Assembly (NCBI GenBank): GCA_036675475.1 | Contig: JAKFEY010000059.1 | Span: forward strand, 73,663-137,662 | Reading direction: 5' to 3' | From: Vicinamibacterales bacterium | GTDB taxonomy: Bacteria > Acidobacteriota > Vicinamibacteria > Vicinamibacterales > SCN-69-37 | Length of the DNA: 64,000 nucleotides | Shown: positions 30,752 through 39,627 of the stretch, one piece after another | Position numbering within the stretch: the first letter of the stretch is position 1 | Layout: the number at the start of each line of letters is the position of its first letter | Notes under the pieces: generated by a model | What the model was told of the DNA's origin: nothing | What the model saw: only the letters and a program-made list of their open reading frames with translations | The model's database searches: none | Made by a program: the position numbers and the translations under genes

Positions 30752-31624
30752 ATGCGTTTTGGTTCGTCTGCCATCTTCCTTCTCGTCGGCGTCGTCGCCC
30801 TGCTGTCGTTTACGCTGGGCGGCTTCGTCAGCCTCAGGCGCGCGGTCGATCAGGAGGCGCGTATTGACGCGCTGAGCGCCGAAGTGGCCCTGATGTCGCG
30901 CGAAGGCCGCGGCGCGACCGGCACCTCGGGCATGGCGGACGCGATGGTCGACGCGCCGTCGGCGGCGCGGGCGGCGCTGCTGGAAGATCTGAAAAAGGAA
31001 CTGAAGCACGAGATGGGGCTGATGCCGATCAGCCTGCTGCGCGAGCGCAGCGCCAGCTTCGTCGAGCTGTATGCCCGCGACAATTCCGGCCACACCAACT
31101 ACGGCACGGCCGGCTACCTGGGCAGCGGCTACTTCATTACGGTGAAGCACGCCGTGGTCGCGCTGGCGGTTGACGAGTCGAACCCGCGCCGCATCGAGCG
31201 CATCGAGCTGCGCATCAACGGCCGCGACACCGCGGCCACGCTCGTCGATGCCGGCGACGCCGAGAACGAAGTCGATCCGGGCGACTGGGCGATCCTTCGC
31301 GTGAAGCAGATGCCCGACCTGCCGGCCCTGTCGGTGAATCTCGGCTATCCGTTCCAGTTTGCCGCGCCGATCTTCCGCCTCGGCAACGACTACTCGAAAG
31401 GCATCGTGCTGGCGTCGGGCTATGTCGGGCAGAAGCTGTCCAACCGCCTCGTCACGGCGTTGACCGATGGCCACCCCGGCGTGTCGGGCGGCGGCGTGCT
31501 GAATCAGGAAGGCGAGCTGGTCGGTATTCCGGTGGGCCGGATGCAGGGCGACTTCCGCTTCTCGTTCATCCTGCCGGTGCGGCAGGACATGTTCCGCAAA
31601 GTACCCGCGCTCGCCAGCCGCTAG
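30752..31624 (+). CDS. Membrane-anchored trypsin-like serine protease (S1 family-like)
   Basis: N-terminal TM (SSAIFLLVGVVALLSF). Candidate triad contexts: ITVKHAV (His), DWAILRV (Asp), GHPGVSGGGVL (GxSGG Ser). ATG 30752 is preferred over 30698. Confidence 0.65.
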   Translation: MRFGSSAIFLLVGVVALLSFTLGGFVSLRRAVDQEARIDALSAEVALMSREGRGATGTSGMADAMVDAPSAARAALLEDLKKELKHEMGLMPISLLRERSASFVELYARDNSGHTNYGTAGYLGSGYFITVKHAVVALAVDESNPRRIERIELRINGRDTAATLVDAGDAENEVDPGDWAILRVKQMPDLPALSVNLGYPFQFAAPIFRLGNDYSKGIVLASGYVGQKLSNRLVTALTDGHPGVSGGGVLNQEGELVGIPVGRMQGDFRFSFILPVRQDMFRKVPALASR

Positions 31625-32949
31625 CGCGGCCCCTTGCCTTTCGTGCGCGCGCGGTTCCGCTCGAGCCGCTCGCGCACGTCCTTCTCATACCCACGATCAA
31701 CCGGCCGATAGTACGTCCGCTCCCTGAGCGCGTCGGGCAGGCACTGCATGTCGGCCACGCCTTCCGCCTCGTCGTGCGCGTACCGGTAGCCCTTGCCGTA
31801 GTCGAGCGCCTTCATCAGCTTCGTGGGCGCGTTGCGCAAATGGTGCGGCACCGGCTCGGCGAGCTGCTGCTCGGCGTCGGCCTTCGCCTCGTTGTAGGCG
31901 ACGTACACCGCGTTGCTCTTCGGCGCGGTGGCCATGTAGATGGCCGCCTGGGCGAGCGCGGTGTTGCCCTCGGGCATCCCCATGAAGTGCACCGCCTCTT
32001 TCGCGGCCATCGCCACGGCGAGCGCCTGGGGATCCGCGTTGCCGATGTCTTCGGACGCGAAGCGGACGATGCGGCGCGCGACGTAGAGGGGATCTTCACC
32101 CGCCTCGAGCATGCGCGCGAGCCAGTAGACCGAGGCGTCGGGATCGCTGTTGCGCATCGACTTGTGCAGCGCCGAGATGATGTTGAAGTGCTCTTCGCCG
32201 CCCTTGTCGTAGAGGAGGCTGCGCCGCTCGATCAGATCCGCGAGCCGCTCGCGCGTGATGTGAACGGCGGCCGCGCCGGCCGCCGCCATCTCGAGCATGT
32301 TGAGCGCGATGCGCGCGTCGCCGTTCGCGTAGCGTGCGATCGCCTCGAGCGCGTCATCGTCGGCCGTCACCTGGCGTTTGCCGAGGCCGCGATCTTCATC
32401 GGCGAGCGCGCGCTTGAGAATCGTCACGAGGTCGGCTTCTTTCAGCGACTCGAGGACGAAGACTTTCGAGCGCGACAGCAGCGCGGAGTTCACCTCGAAC
32501 GACGGATTTTCCGTCGTCGCGCCGATGAGCACGATGTCGCCGGCCTCGACGCGCGGGAGAAATGCGTCCTGCTGCGCCTTGTTGAAGCGATGAATCTCGT
32601 CGACGAAGAGGATGGTGCGCCGGCCGAGGCGCCGCCGCGTGTCTTCGGCCTCCGCCATCACCTGGCGGATCTCCTTCACGCCTGACAGCACCGCGCTGAA
32701 CTGCACGAACTTCGCCTGCGTGGCTGACGCAATCAGGCGGGCGAGGGTCGTCTTTCCCGTGCCGGGCGGCCCCCAGAGGATGATCGACGAGAGCGTGTCG
32801 TTCTCGATCGCGCGGCGCAGCGGGCGGCCGGGCGCGAGAATCTTCTGCTGGCCGACATACTCGTCGAGCGAGCGCGGCCGCATGCGCTCGGCGAGCGGCG
32901 CGGGTCCGGCGGGGACGTCGGGCTCGTCCGTGTCGAACAGGTCAGCCAC
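31621..32949 (-). CDS. rarA: Replication-associated recombination protein A (AAA+ ATPase RarA/MgsA)
   Basis: MRPRSLDEYVGQ, Walker A GPPGTGKTT, FVDEIHRFNK, C-terminal MgsA domain (YDKGGEEHFNIISALHKSMR). Confidence 0.95.
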   Translation of the reverse strand: MADLFDTDEPDVPAGPAPLAERMRPRSLDEYVGQQKILAPGRPLRRAIENDTLSSIILWGPPGTGKTTLARLIASATQAKFVQFSAVLSGVKEIRQVMAEAEDTRRRLGRRTILFVDEIHRFNKAQQDAFLPRVEAGDIVLIGATTENPSFEVNSALLSRSKVFVLESLKEADLVTILKRALADEDRGLGKRQVTADDDALEAIARYANGDARIALNMLEMAAAGAAAVHITRERLADLIERRSLLYDKGGEEHFNIISALHKSMRNSDPDASVYWLARMLEAGEDPLYVARRIVRFASEDIGNADPQALAVAMAAKEAVHFMGMPEGNTALAQAAIYMATAPKSNAVYVAYNEAKADAEQQLAEPVPHHLRNAPTKLMKALDYGKGYRYAHDEAEGVADMQCLPDALRERTYYRPVDRGYEKDVRERLERNRARTKGKGPR

Positions 32950-33748
32950 GTTGACGCTGCGCCTCGTACAGGATCACGGCGGCCGACACGGCGGCGTTCA
33001 TCGATTGCACGCGCCCGTACATCGGGATGCGCACGCGCAGCTCGGCGCGGCGCGCGATGTCGGCAGGAAGGCCGCGCGCTTCGTTGCCGATCAGCAGCAC
33101 GAACGGCTCGGTCCACCGCACGTCGCGCATGTCGGCGGCGGCCGGATCGAGCGACGTGGCAATCAGGCGCGCATCGGCGACCCTCGCGTCGTGCGCCAGT
33201 TGATCGATGCCGGCTTCGGCGAGCGGCACGCGGAACGCGCTGCCCATGGTGGCGCGCAGCGCGCGCCAGCCGCGCAGGTCGCTGGTGCCGCTCGACGCGA
33301 TGACGCCGGTGCCGCCCGCGGCTTCCACGGAGCGCACGACGGCGCCCGCGTTGCCCGGATCGCCGACTTCGATGAGCGCGACCGCCATTGCGGCACGGAA
33401 CGCGGCGGCCGGGGCCGCCTGCTGTCCGAGCGTATCGGAGACGGGACTGAGCGGCAGCGTCGCGATGGCCACGATGCCCGAAGGCGTCTTGACGGGGGAG
33501 GCGCCCTCGAGCACCGCGTCGGGCGCGAGATATACGCTGGTGCGGCGGCCGAGCGCGTCGACCAGACGGCTGTTCCCGGCCGCGAAGTCGTGGCTCGCGA
33601 TCACCGACTCGATCTCGATTCCTTCCTCGAGCGCCTCTTCGAGCAGGTGGGCGCCGTCGAGCAGCACCCGATCGCCCTCGCGCGCCCGGGCGAGCTCACG
33701 GCAGGCGCGGACGATGGGATTCTGGCGGCTGGTGATCTCGACGGGCAT
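32942..33748 (-). CDS. TrmH/SpoU-family RNA 2'-O-methyltransferase
   Basis: ITSRQNPIV N-terminal substrate-binding domain. SpoU motifs DPGNAGAVVRS, LLIGNEARGL, IPMYGRVQSMNAAVSAAV. ATG 33748 is preferred over GTG 33766. Confidence 0.85.
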   Translation of the reverse strand: MPVEITSRQNPIVRACRELARAREGDRVLLDGAHLLEEALEEGIEIESVIASHDFAAGNSRLVDALGRRTSVYLAPDAVLEGASPVKTPSGIVAIATLPLSPVSDTLGQQAAPAAAFRAAMAVALIEVGDPGNAGAVVRSVEAAGGTGVIASSGTSDLRGWRALRATMGSAFRVPLAEAGIDQLAHDARVADARLIATSLDPAAADMRDVRWTEPFVLLIGNEARGLPADIARRAELRVRIPMYGRVQSMNAAVSAAVILYEAQRQRG

Positions 33749-33789
33749 GAAACCCGAGAATAGCACTGCGGATGTTAGAATCGCGATGA

Positions 33790-34254
33790 ATGAAAGAGCG
33801 GTTGATCAAGCGGTTCCAGGATGAAATTGCGGTGCTCGAGCGCGAGCTCAAGGTCGAGCTGCCGAGAGAGATCCTGCGGGCGCGCGAGCTCGGCGATCTC
33901 AAGGAGAACGCCGAGTATCACGCCGCCAAGGAACGGCAGCGGCTCGTCGAGACGCGCATCAGCATGCTGAGCGGCCGCGTCGCCGAGATTCAGCTCATGA
34001 ATCTCGACAAGATCCCACGCGACAAGGCCGGGTTTGGATCCACGCTGCACGTGATCGAGAACGGGCAGCCGGCCACCTTTCAGCTGGTGATGCCGGAGGA
34101 CGCCGATCCGCCCAAGGGGCTCATCTCGATTGCGTCGCCGATCGGCCGCGCGCTGGCGGGCAAGGAAGAAGGCGACAGCGTGAAGGTGCCGACGCCCGGC
34201 GGCATGCGCGAGTTCGAAATCACGAAGCTCACGACCATCCACGACGAAGCCTGA
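33790..34254 (+). CDS. greA: Transcription elongation factor GreA
   Basis: GDLKENAEYHAAKERQ coiled-coil motif. C-terminal FKBP-like domain (SPIGRALAGKEEGDSV). Confidence 0.95.
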   Translation: MKERLIKRFQDEIAVLERELKVELPREILRARELGDLKENAEYHAAKERQRLVETRISMLSGRVAEIQLMNLDKIPRDKAGFGSTLHVIENGQPATFQLVMPEDADPPKGLISIASPIGRALAGKEEGDSVKVPTPGGMREFEITKLTTIHDEA

Positions 34255-34255
34255 G

Positions 34256-35716
34256 GTGAGCGAACCCGCGTACTCGCCGCGGCTGCGCACCGCGCTCGTG
34301 CTGACCGGCACCGGCACGGCCGGCGCGTATCACGCCGGCGTGCTGAAGGCGCTTGGCGAGGCCGGCGTGAAAGTCGACATTGCCGCGGGTCACGGCGCCG
34401 GCGCCGTGTCGGCCGCGTTTGCCGCTGTTGACGGCGCGGCGAAGCTGCACGACGCGCAGGGCCTCTGGCGGCACGCGGCGGTCGCGCGTGCCTATGGATG
34501 GCGGCGCGGCCTGCGCATCGCGGGCGGCGCGCTGCTGATTGCGGCTGCGCTCGTCCTGGCGCCGCTGCTGCTGCTGGGTGTCACCCTCCTCGTCTATCTG
34601 ATTGGCCTGGTGTTGTCGCTCGCGAGCATGACGGACGCGGCGGCGGCGACCACGCGCGCGTATCACGCGATGCTCGATGCGGCGATTGCGCCCGAGGCGC
34701 TGCCCACGGTCATGCCGCGCGCGGTGGTGCTCGTGCTGCTGGTGACGCTGGTGTCGCTGGCGGCGGCCTGGTGGATGGCCCGGCGCACCGGGCGCGCGCG
34801 CAGGCGCGTCAAAGGCGCCTTCTGGCAGCGCCTCGTCGGCGCCCCGCTGACCAGCGCGCGCTTTCTCGATGTCGTGACGCAGCAGCTGTGGGAGCTGGTG
34901 CGCGGCCTCGTGACCGCGCCGCGTCCCGCGGTGGCGGAGTTCGGGCGGCGCTATGTCGAGCTGCTGGTGGAGAATCTCGGCCAGCCCGGTTTTCGCGAGC
35001 TGCTGCTGACGGCGCACGACGTCGACGCGCGCCGCGACCTCAGCATCTCGGTGCTGGCCGATCCGCACCGCGCCGCGTTTCACGAGCGCCGCAGCGACGG
35101 CCGGCCGCGCGAGGGCGAAACCATCGATCTCACCGGCGTCCAGCGTGACGCCATCGTTACCGCGATGGAGGGGGCGCTGGCGGTGCCGCTCGTGACCGAG
35201 CCCGCGCGCCTCGCGTATCCGGCCGACAGCTACTGGCGCGGCGAGACGCATCGCCTCGTCGATCGGCCCGGCTGTCTGCTGCACCTGGTGGACGAAGCCG
35301 CCGCCGCCGGGGCGGAGCAGGCGATCATCGTGACGGCCGCGCCGCCGCCCGCCGGCCCGCACCAGCTGCGCAGCGTGCCCGCCGACATCGCCGGCCAGGC
35401 CGGCGAAGTGCTGCGCGGCATCGAGACCGCCGCGCTCGACGAGGCCGTCCGCATCGCGCGGGCCCGCTTCGCCGCCTGCTTCGTCATCCGCCCCGCCTAC
35501 AACCCGATTGGCCCCTTCGATTTTGGCGGCGTGGATGACGAGGCGTCCGACCGCCGCATGACGCTGGCGGAGCTGATGGAGCGCGGCTACCAGGACGCCT
35601 ACCACCAGTTCATCGAACCCGTGGTTGGCGCTAGCGGAGACAAAATGGGGACGGGTCTAATTTCTCCTGCTTCGGACGGCCTCTCCGCCCCGTCGGGCTC
35701 AGACCTAGTTCCTTGA
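34256..35716 (+). CDS. Patatin-like phospholipase family protein with central TM segments (nucleophile motif apparently degenerate)
   Basis: N-terminus LVLTGTGTAGAYHAGVLKAL resembles the patatin glycine-rich loop. The expected GxSxG reads GHGAG. A hydrophobic central region is present. The 3' end runs through a REP and overlaps the convergent RAYT ORF by 86 nt, so the true C-terminus is uncertain. Confidence 0.6.
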   Translation: MSEPAYSPRLRTALVLTGTGTAGAYHAGVLKALGEAGVKVDIAAGHGAGAVSAAFAAVDGAAKLHDAQGLWRHAAVARAYGWRRGLRIAGGALLIAAALVLAPLLLLGVTLLVYLIGLVLSLASMTDAAAATTRAYHAMLDAAIAPEALPTVMPRAVVLVLLVTLVSLAAAWWMARRTGRARRRVKGAFWQRLVGAPLTSARFLDVVTQQLWELVRGLVTAPRPAVAEFGRRYVELLVENLGQPGFRELLLTAHDVDARRDLSISVLADPHRAAFHERRSDGRPREGETIDLTGVQRDAIVTAMEGALAVPLVTEPARLAYPADSYWRGETHRLVDRPGCLLHLVDEAAAAGAEQAIIVTAAPPPAGPHQLRSVPADIAGQAGEVLRGIETAALDEAVRIARARFAACFVIRPAYNPIGPFDFGGVDDEASDRRMTLAELMERGYQDAYHQFIEPVVGASGDKMGTGLISPASDGLSAPSGSDLVP

Positions 35717-36314
35717 CCCTGGCCTGCACCCAGGCGTCCTCGCCAAACGGCCGGCTTTGCCGAATTGCGCGCGCTACTGCAGCGTTGCGTCGGGCCAGAT
35801 TGAGTGACGCGATCCACTCCGGCGTTGTCAAAAATGGCATCTCGGTGAGCCGTGGAGTGGGCCGTTTGTGCACGCGCTGATTTGGGCTGCACCACTGCCA
35901 TTCCTCGGCGCATTCAGCCAAACCTGCCTCCAGGGCATTACGTTCGACGTATCGGCAAACCTCGCCCAGCGAAAGGCCGGACTGTACGGGAATCGATTTG
36001 AACCGGCCTTGATAGAGAGGCCCCGGCCCCTTCCGCTGATGCGCACGGCACCACCGAATCGCATGCGTGCACGTCAGCCAGTGGAGCGATCTACTGAGCT
36101 GAGTGTGAGTTACCGATGTCGTTACCAGGTGCCAGTGGTTGGGCATCAGGCAGTACGAGATTAGCGAAAGGCCGAATCGATCGACCGTCTCCGACAGCAG
36201 GGCCAGGAACGCGTCGTAGTCCTTTTCGTGATGAAAGAGACGCGCACGCAGGCTGCCCCGATTGACGATATGGAAGTGTTCGGCATGTTCGAGGCATCGA
36301 GGTCTGCGCGGCAT
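35631..36314 (-). CDS. REP-associated tyrosine transposase (RAYT; IS200-like Y1 HUH transposase)
   Basis: MPRRPR...FHIVNRG N-terminus, HUH motif (MPNHWHLV), catalytic Tyr context CRYVERNALEAGL. The last ~8 codons are read from the REP. Confidence 0.85.
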   Translation of the reverse strand: MPRRPRCLEHAEHFHIVNRGSLRARLFHHEKDYDAFLALLSETVDRFGLSLISYCLMPNHWHLVTTSVTHTQLSRSLHWLTCTHAIRWCRAHQRKGPGPLYQGRFKSIPVQSGLSLGEVCRYVERNALEAGLAECAEEWQWCSPNQRVHKRPTPRLTEMPFLTTPEWIASLNLARRNAAVARAIRQSRPFGEDAWVQARVKELGLSPTGRRGRPKQEKLDPSPFCLR

Positions 36315-36367
36315 ACTTCGCGTGCAGGCAACCCGTGTGCCTGATAATTAGACCCGTCCCCATTTAT
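35642..36367 (-). mobile_element. REP-RAYT-REP unit (domesticated IS200/IS605-like Y1 transposase flanked by inverted REPs)
   Basis: AAAATGGGGACGGGTCTAATTT (35642-63) and its reverse complement ATAATTAGACCCGTCCCCATTTAT (36344-67) bracket the RAYT gene. They share the 18-nt core AAATGGGGACGGGTCTAATT. Confidence 0.8.
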
Positions 36368-37091
36368 GCAGGCCATCGCCGCCGTTCTTCTTGCCAATCT
36401 CCCGGTCCGCTGGTGGGGGCCGTTCGAGGAGCGGTTGCCGCTCTATCGCGTGGCCTGGGTGTCGGGGCTACTGACGATGTTTGGTGGGCTTGCTATCGGC
36501 ATCCCGGGGTACATCGGGTTTGTCCAGAGGGTGTCCAGCGACGTCAATACCGCGCTGATCGGCGCGCAGAGCGATCTCGTGCAGATAGAGGGATGGGGAG
36601 TGCTGTCGCTGCCGATCTTCCTGCTCACCACGCCGGCCGGCCTGGCGTCGATGTACATGACGGCCAGCGGGTTCCTGCGTGCCGCCGGCGCTTATCTGGC
36701 AGACGATGTGCGCGGCGACTACCTGCTGACTGCGGCTGACGCGCTCGTCCGCCGCGTCGCGGCGCACGAGGATCGCGCGCGCCGGACCTCGGAGCGGGAA
36801 GCGCTCGAAGGCCCGGTCGTCCCGGATCGGCTGGTTACCGGTGAGGCCATTGGCCGTCCGGAATTCGAACTGGTCGTGCTGGCGTCACGCCGGAAAGACG
36901 ACTGGGAGCCGAATGCCTACCTCGTAACGGCGGAGGGGCGCGCCTTCAAGCTCGGGACGCCGTTCGACTACACGTCGCGCGCCGGCCTGCGCACGGCCTA
37001 TCCGCTGACTGAGCTTCGCACGCTGGACCCGATTCGGCACTCGATTCCGTACGACCTGCCGCCCGTCTGGCGGGGCAAAATGAATAATTAA
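36366..37091 (+). CDS. Hypothetical membrane protein (3 predicted N-terminal TM segments + ~130-aa soluble C-terminal domain)
   Basis: 241-aa ORF with coding-like composition and no motif I recognise. Its ATG overlaps the REP at 36344-67 and its TAA lies in the REP at 37081-111. Confidence 0.55.
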   Translation: MQAIAAVLLANLPVRWWGPFEERLPLYRVAWVSGLLTMFGGLAIGIPGYIGFVQRVSSDVNTALIGAQSDLVQIEGWGVLSLPIFLLTTPAGLASMYMTASGFLRAAGAYLADDVRGDYLLTAADALVRRVAAHEDRARRTSEREALEGPVVPDRLVTGEAIGRPEFELVVLASRRKDDWEPNAYLVTAEGRAFKLGTPFDYTSRAGLRTAYPLTELRTLDPIRHSIPYDLPPVWRGKMNN

Positions 37092-37111
37092 GACCCGTCC
37101 CCATTTATTCA
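37081..37111 (-). repeat. REP copy (variant AATTAAGACCCGTCCCCATTTAT) with TGAATAA/TTATTCA flanks
   Basis: TGAATAATTAAGACCCGTCCCCATTTATTCA. It supplies the TAA stop of the + gene (37089-91) and the TAA stop of the convergent ADOP gene (37105-07). 31/32 identical to 55361-55392. Confidence 0.85.
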
Positions 37112-39564
37112 GCGCGGAGCGCGATCATGGGGTCGACGCTCGCGGCGCGGCGGGCAGGGATCACGCTGGCCACCAGCGCCGCCAGCGCCAGCGCGCCGAT
37201 CGCGGCGGCGAACGCGCGCGGGTCGTTGACGTCCATCTTGAACAGAAACGCCTTCGCGGTCACCGCGAGGTACCACGCGCCGACGCCGCCCAGCAGGAGG
37301 CCGGCGGCCACCAGCACGGTGGCACTGCGCAGCACCAGGCCGATGATGCCGTTGCGCGTGGCGCCAAGCGCCATCCGCACACCGATCTCGCGCGTGCGCT
37401 GCGACACGACATACGCCATCACGCCGTAGATGCCGACGGCGGAAATCACCAGGCCAAGCAGCCCGAACAGCCCCAGCAGCAGCATGTTCAGCTTTCGCTG
37501 CGCCACCCGCCTCGCAATCACGTCCTCCATCGTCCGCACATTGCGCAGCGGAACGTCGGGCATCGCCGCGAGGACGGCGGCCTTTACGGCCGGCACGGCC
37601 GCGTACGGGTCGCCCTGCGTCTTGACGACGAGCTCGCTGAAGACGACGGGCCGCTGCGCCATCGGCGTGTAGGCCTCGGTGCGCGGCTCGGTCTCGAGGC
37701 CGCTCTGATACACATCGCCGACGACGCCGACGATGGTGCGATCGCCGTTGATGCCGACAACCTTGCCAACGGCACTTTCGCCTGGAAAATACTTCTTCGC
37801 GGCCGACTCGTTGATGATGACGACCTCCGGCGCGCCTTTGCGATCGGACGGCTCGAAGAACCGGCCGTCGCGCAGGGTCATGCCCATGGCCTCGTGATAA
37901 TCGGCTGTGACACGCCTGACGCTGATGTTGCCGTCGCGGTCGCCGAGCTTGATTCTGCCGGGAATGGTGAGCGTCGTGATGCTCATGCTGCCGCCCATGG
38001 GCATGCCGCCGGCGATGGCCCCCGCGTACCGCACGCCCGGAATCTGCTGCAGGCGGTCGACAATTTCCTGGATCTTCGGCCCATGGTCGGGCAGCTGATT
38101 GCCCGTCGACACGTTGCGATCCAGCCGGGGCTGCAGCGACACCGTCAGCAGGTTCTCCGTGTCGAACCCAGGATCGATCTTCATCAGCGTGCGGAAGCTG
38201 CCGATGAAGAGCGCCGCGCCGACCAGCAGGATGACGGCCAGCGCGACCTCGGCGACGACCAGCGCGCTGCGCATGCGCTGCCGCGCGCCGCCGGTGCTGG
38301 CGCCGCGCGCGCCGTCTTTGAGCGCGTTGGTGAGATCGGGCCGCGACAGCTGCAGCGCCGGGACGATGCCGAACAGCATGCCGGTGACGAGCGACAGCAG
38401 CGCCGCCGCGCCGAGCACGCGCAGGTCGACGGCGATGTGCGTGATGCGCGGGACGCCTTCGGGCATCGCCGCCTTGAGAATGCTGACGGCCCACCAGGCC
38501 AGCAGCAGTGCCAGCGCGGTGCCCGCGAGCGACAGCACCATGCTTTCGACCAGCAGCTGGCGGATCAGGCGCCAGCGGCCGGCGCCCATCGCGGCGCGGA
38601 TGCCGACCTCGCGCTCGCGCGCGCTGGCCCGCGCCAGCAGCAGGTTGGCGACGTTGGCGCACGCAATCAGCAGCACCAGGCCGACCGCGCCGAGCAGCAT
38701 CATCATCCACTTGCGCGTCTGCGCGCCGACGATGTGATCGCGCAGCGGCCTGACGCCCAGCAGCGTGTCCTTGTTCCAGACCGGATGCGCCTGTGTCAGC
38801 GCGGCGGCGATCTGGTCCATGTTGGCCTGCGCCTGCTCGATGGAGACGCCGGGCCTGAGCCGCGCAATGGCCTGCAGATAGATGCTGATGTTCTGCGGAT
38901 GGCGGACGCGCTCGTCGGCCGGCACGACGTACGGCGCCCACAGATCGGTGGCGCGCGCCGCCCCGATCGGATACTCGAATTCGGGCCCCATGACGCCCAC
39001 GATTTCATACGCGCCGCCCTCGAGCGGGATCGTCCGGCCCACGATGCCGGGATCGCCGCCAAAGCGGCGGCGCCACAGGCCGTCGCTCAAGACCGCCACG
39101 CGATGGCGTCCCTCGACTTCGTTCTCGGCGGTAAAGGCGCGGCCCAGCACGGGGCCTTCGCGCAGCACCTTGAAAAAGTCCGCCGTGACGCGCTGCGCGC
39201 GAATCTCCTCGGGCTCGGTCCCCGGCTCGCGCAGGGTGAATGCGGCGCCCGCAATCCCTGCGATCGACTCGAACACCTGCTGCTGCGCCGCCACATCCAT
39301 GTAGTTCTGCGGCGCCCAGCTGCCCAGCGCCTGCGGGTCGCGATTCGGGTCGGGCGGGAAGTTCGGATCGGGCTTGCGGCGTTCGCCAACCGCCAGCAGG
39401 CGATCGTGCTCGTCGAAGGGCAGCCCGCGCAGCACCACCGCGTCGACCACCGAAAAGATGGCGGTGCTCGCGCCAATGCCCAGGGCCAGCACCAGCAGGG
39501 CGACGATGGTGAAGGTTTTCGATGATGTGAGCGAGCGGAAGGCCGCCTTGAGATCCTCGCGCAT
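37105..39564 (-). CDS. ABC transporter permease, ADOP type (duplicated MacB-like periplasmic core + FtsX domains)
   Basis: 819 aa. MREDLKAAFRSL...TFTIVALLVLALGIGASTAIFSVVD N-terminus. Two FtsX modules (IACANVANLLLARASAREREVGIRAAMGA and a second REIGVRMALGAT) ending ...IPARRAASVDPMIALRAE. Confidence 0.9.
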   Translation of the reverse strand: MREDLKAAFRSLTSSKTFTIVALLVLALGIGASTAIFSVVDAVVLRGLPFDEHDRLLAVGERRKPDPNFPPDPNRDPQALGSWAPQNYMDVAAQQQVFESIAGIAGAAFTLREPGTEPEEIRAQRVTADFFKVLREGPVLGRAFTAENEVEGRHRVAVLSDGLWRRRFGGDPGIVGRTIPLEGGAYEIVGVMGPEFEYPIGAARATDLWAPYVVPADERVRHPQNISIYLQAIARLRPGVSIEQAQANMDQIAAALTQAHPVWNKDTLLGVRPLRDHIVGAQTRKWMMMLLGAVGLVLLIACANVANLLLARASAREREVGIRAAMGAGRWRLIRQLLVESMVLSLAGTALALLLAWWAVSILKAAMPEGVPRITHIAVDLRVLGAAALLSLVTGMLFGIVPALQLSRPDLTNALKDGARGASTGGARQRMRSALVVAEVALAVILLVGAALFIGSFRTLMKIDPGFDTENLLTVSLQPRLDRNVSTGNQLPDHGPKIQEIVDRLQQIPGVRYAGAIAGGMPMGGSMSITTLTIPGRIKLGDRDGNISVRRVTADYHEAMGMTLRDGRFFEPSDRKGAPEVVIINESAAKKYFPGESAVGKVVGINGDRTIVGVVGDVYQSGLETEPRTEAYTPMAQRPVVFSELVVKTQGDPYAAVPAVKAAVLAAMPDVPLRNVRTMEDVIARRVAQRKLNMLLLGLFGLLGLVISAVGIYGVMAYVVSQRTREIGVRMALGATRNGIIGLVLRSATVLVAAGLLLGGVGAWYLAVTAKAFLFKMDVNDPRAFAAAIGALALAALVASVIPARRAASVDPMIALRAE

Positions 39565-39627
39565 ACGTGACTCGTAGGACGAACCGCCGTGCGATTCGGT
39601 TGGTTAAAACCTCGTAAACTGTAGCGC

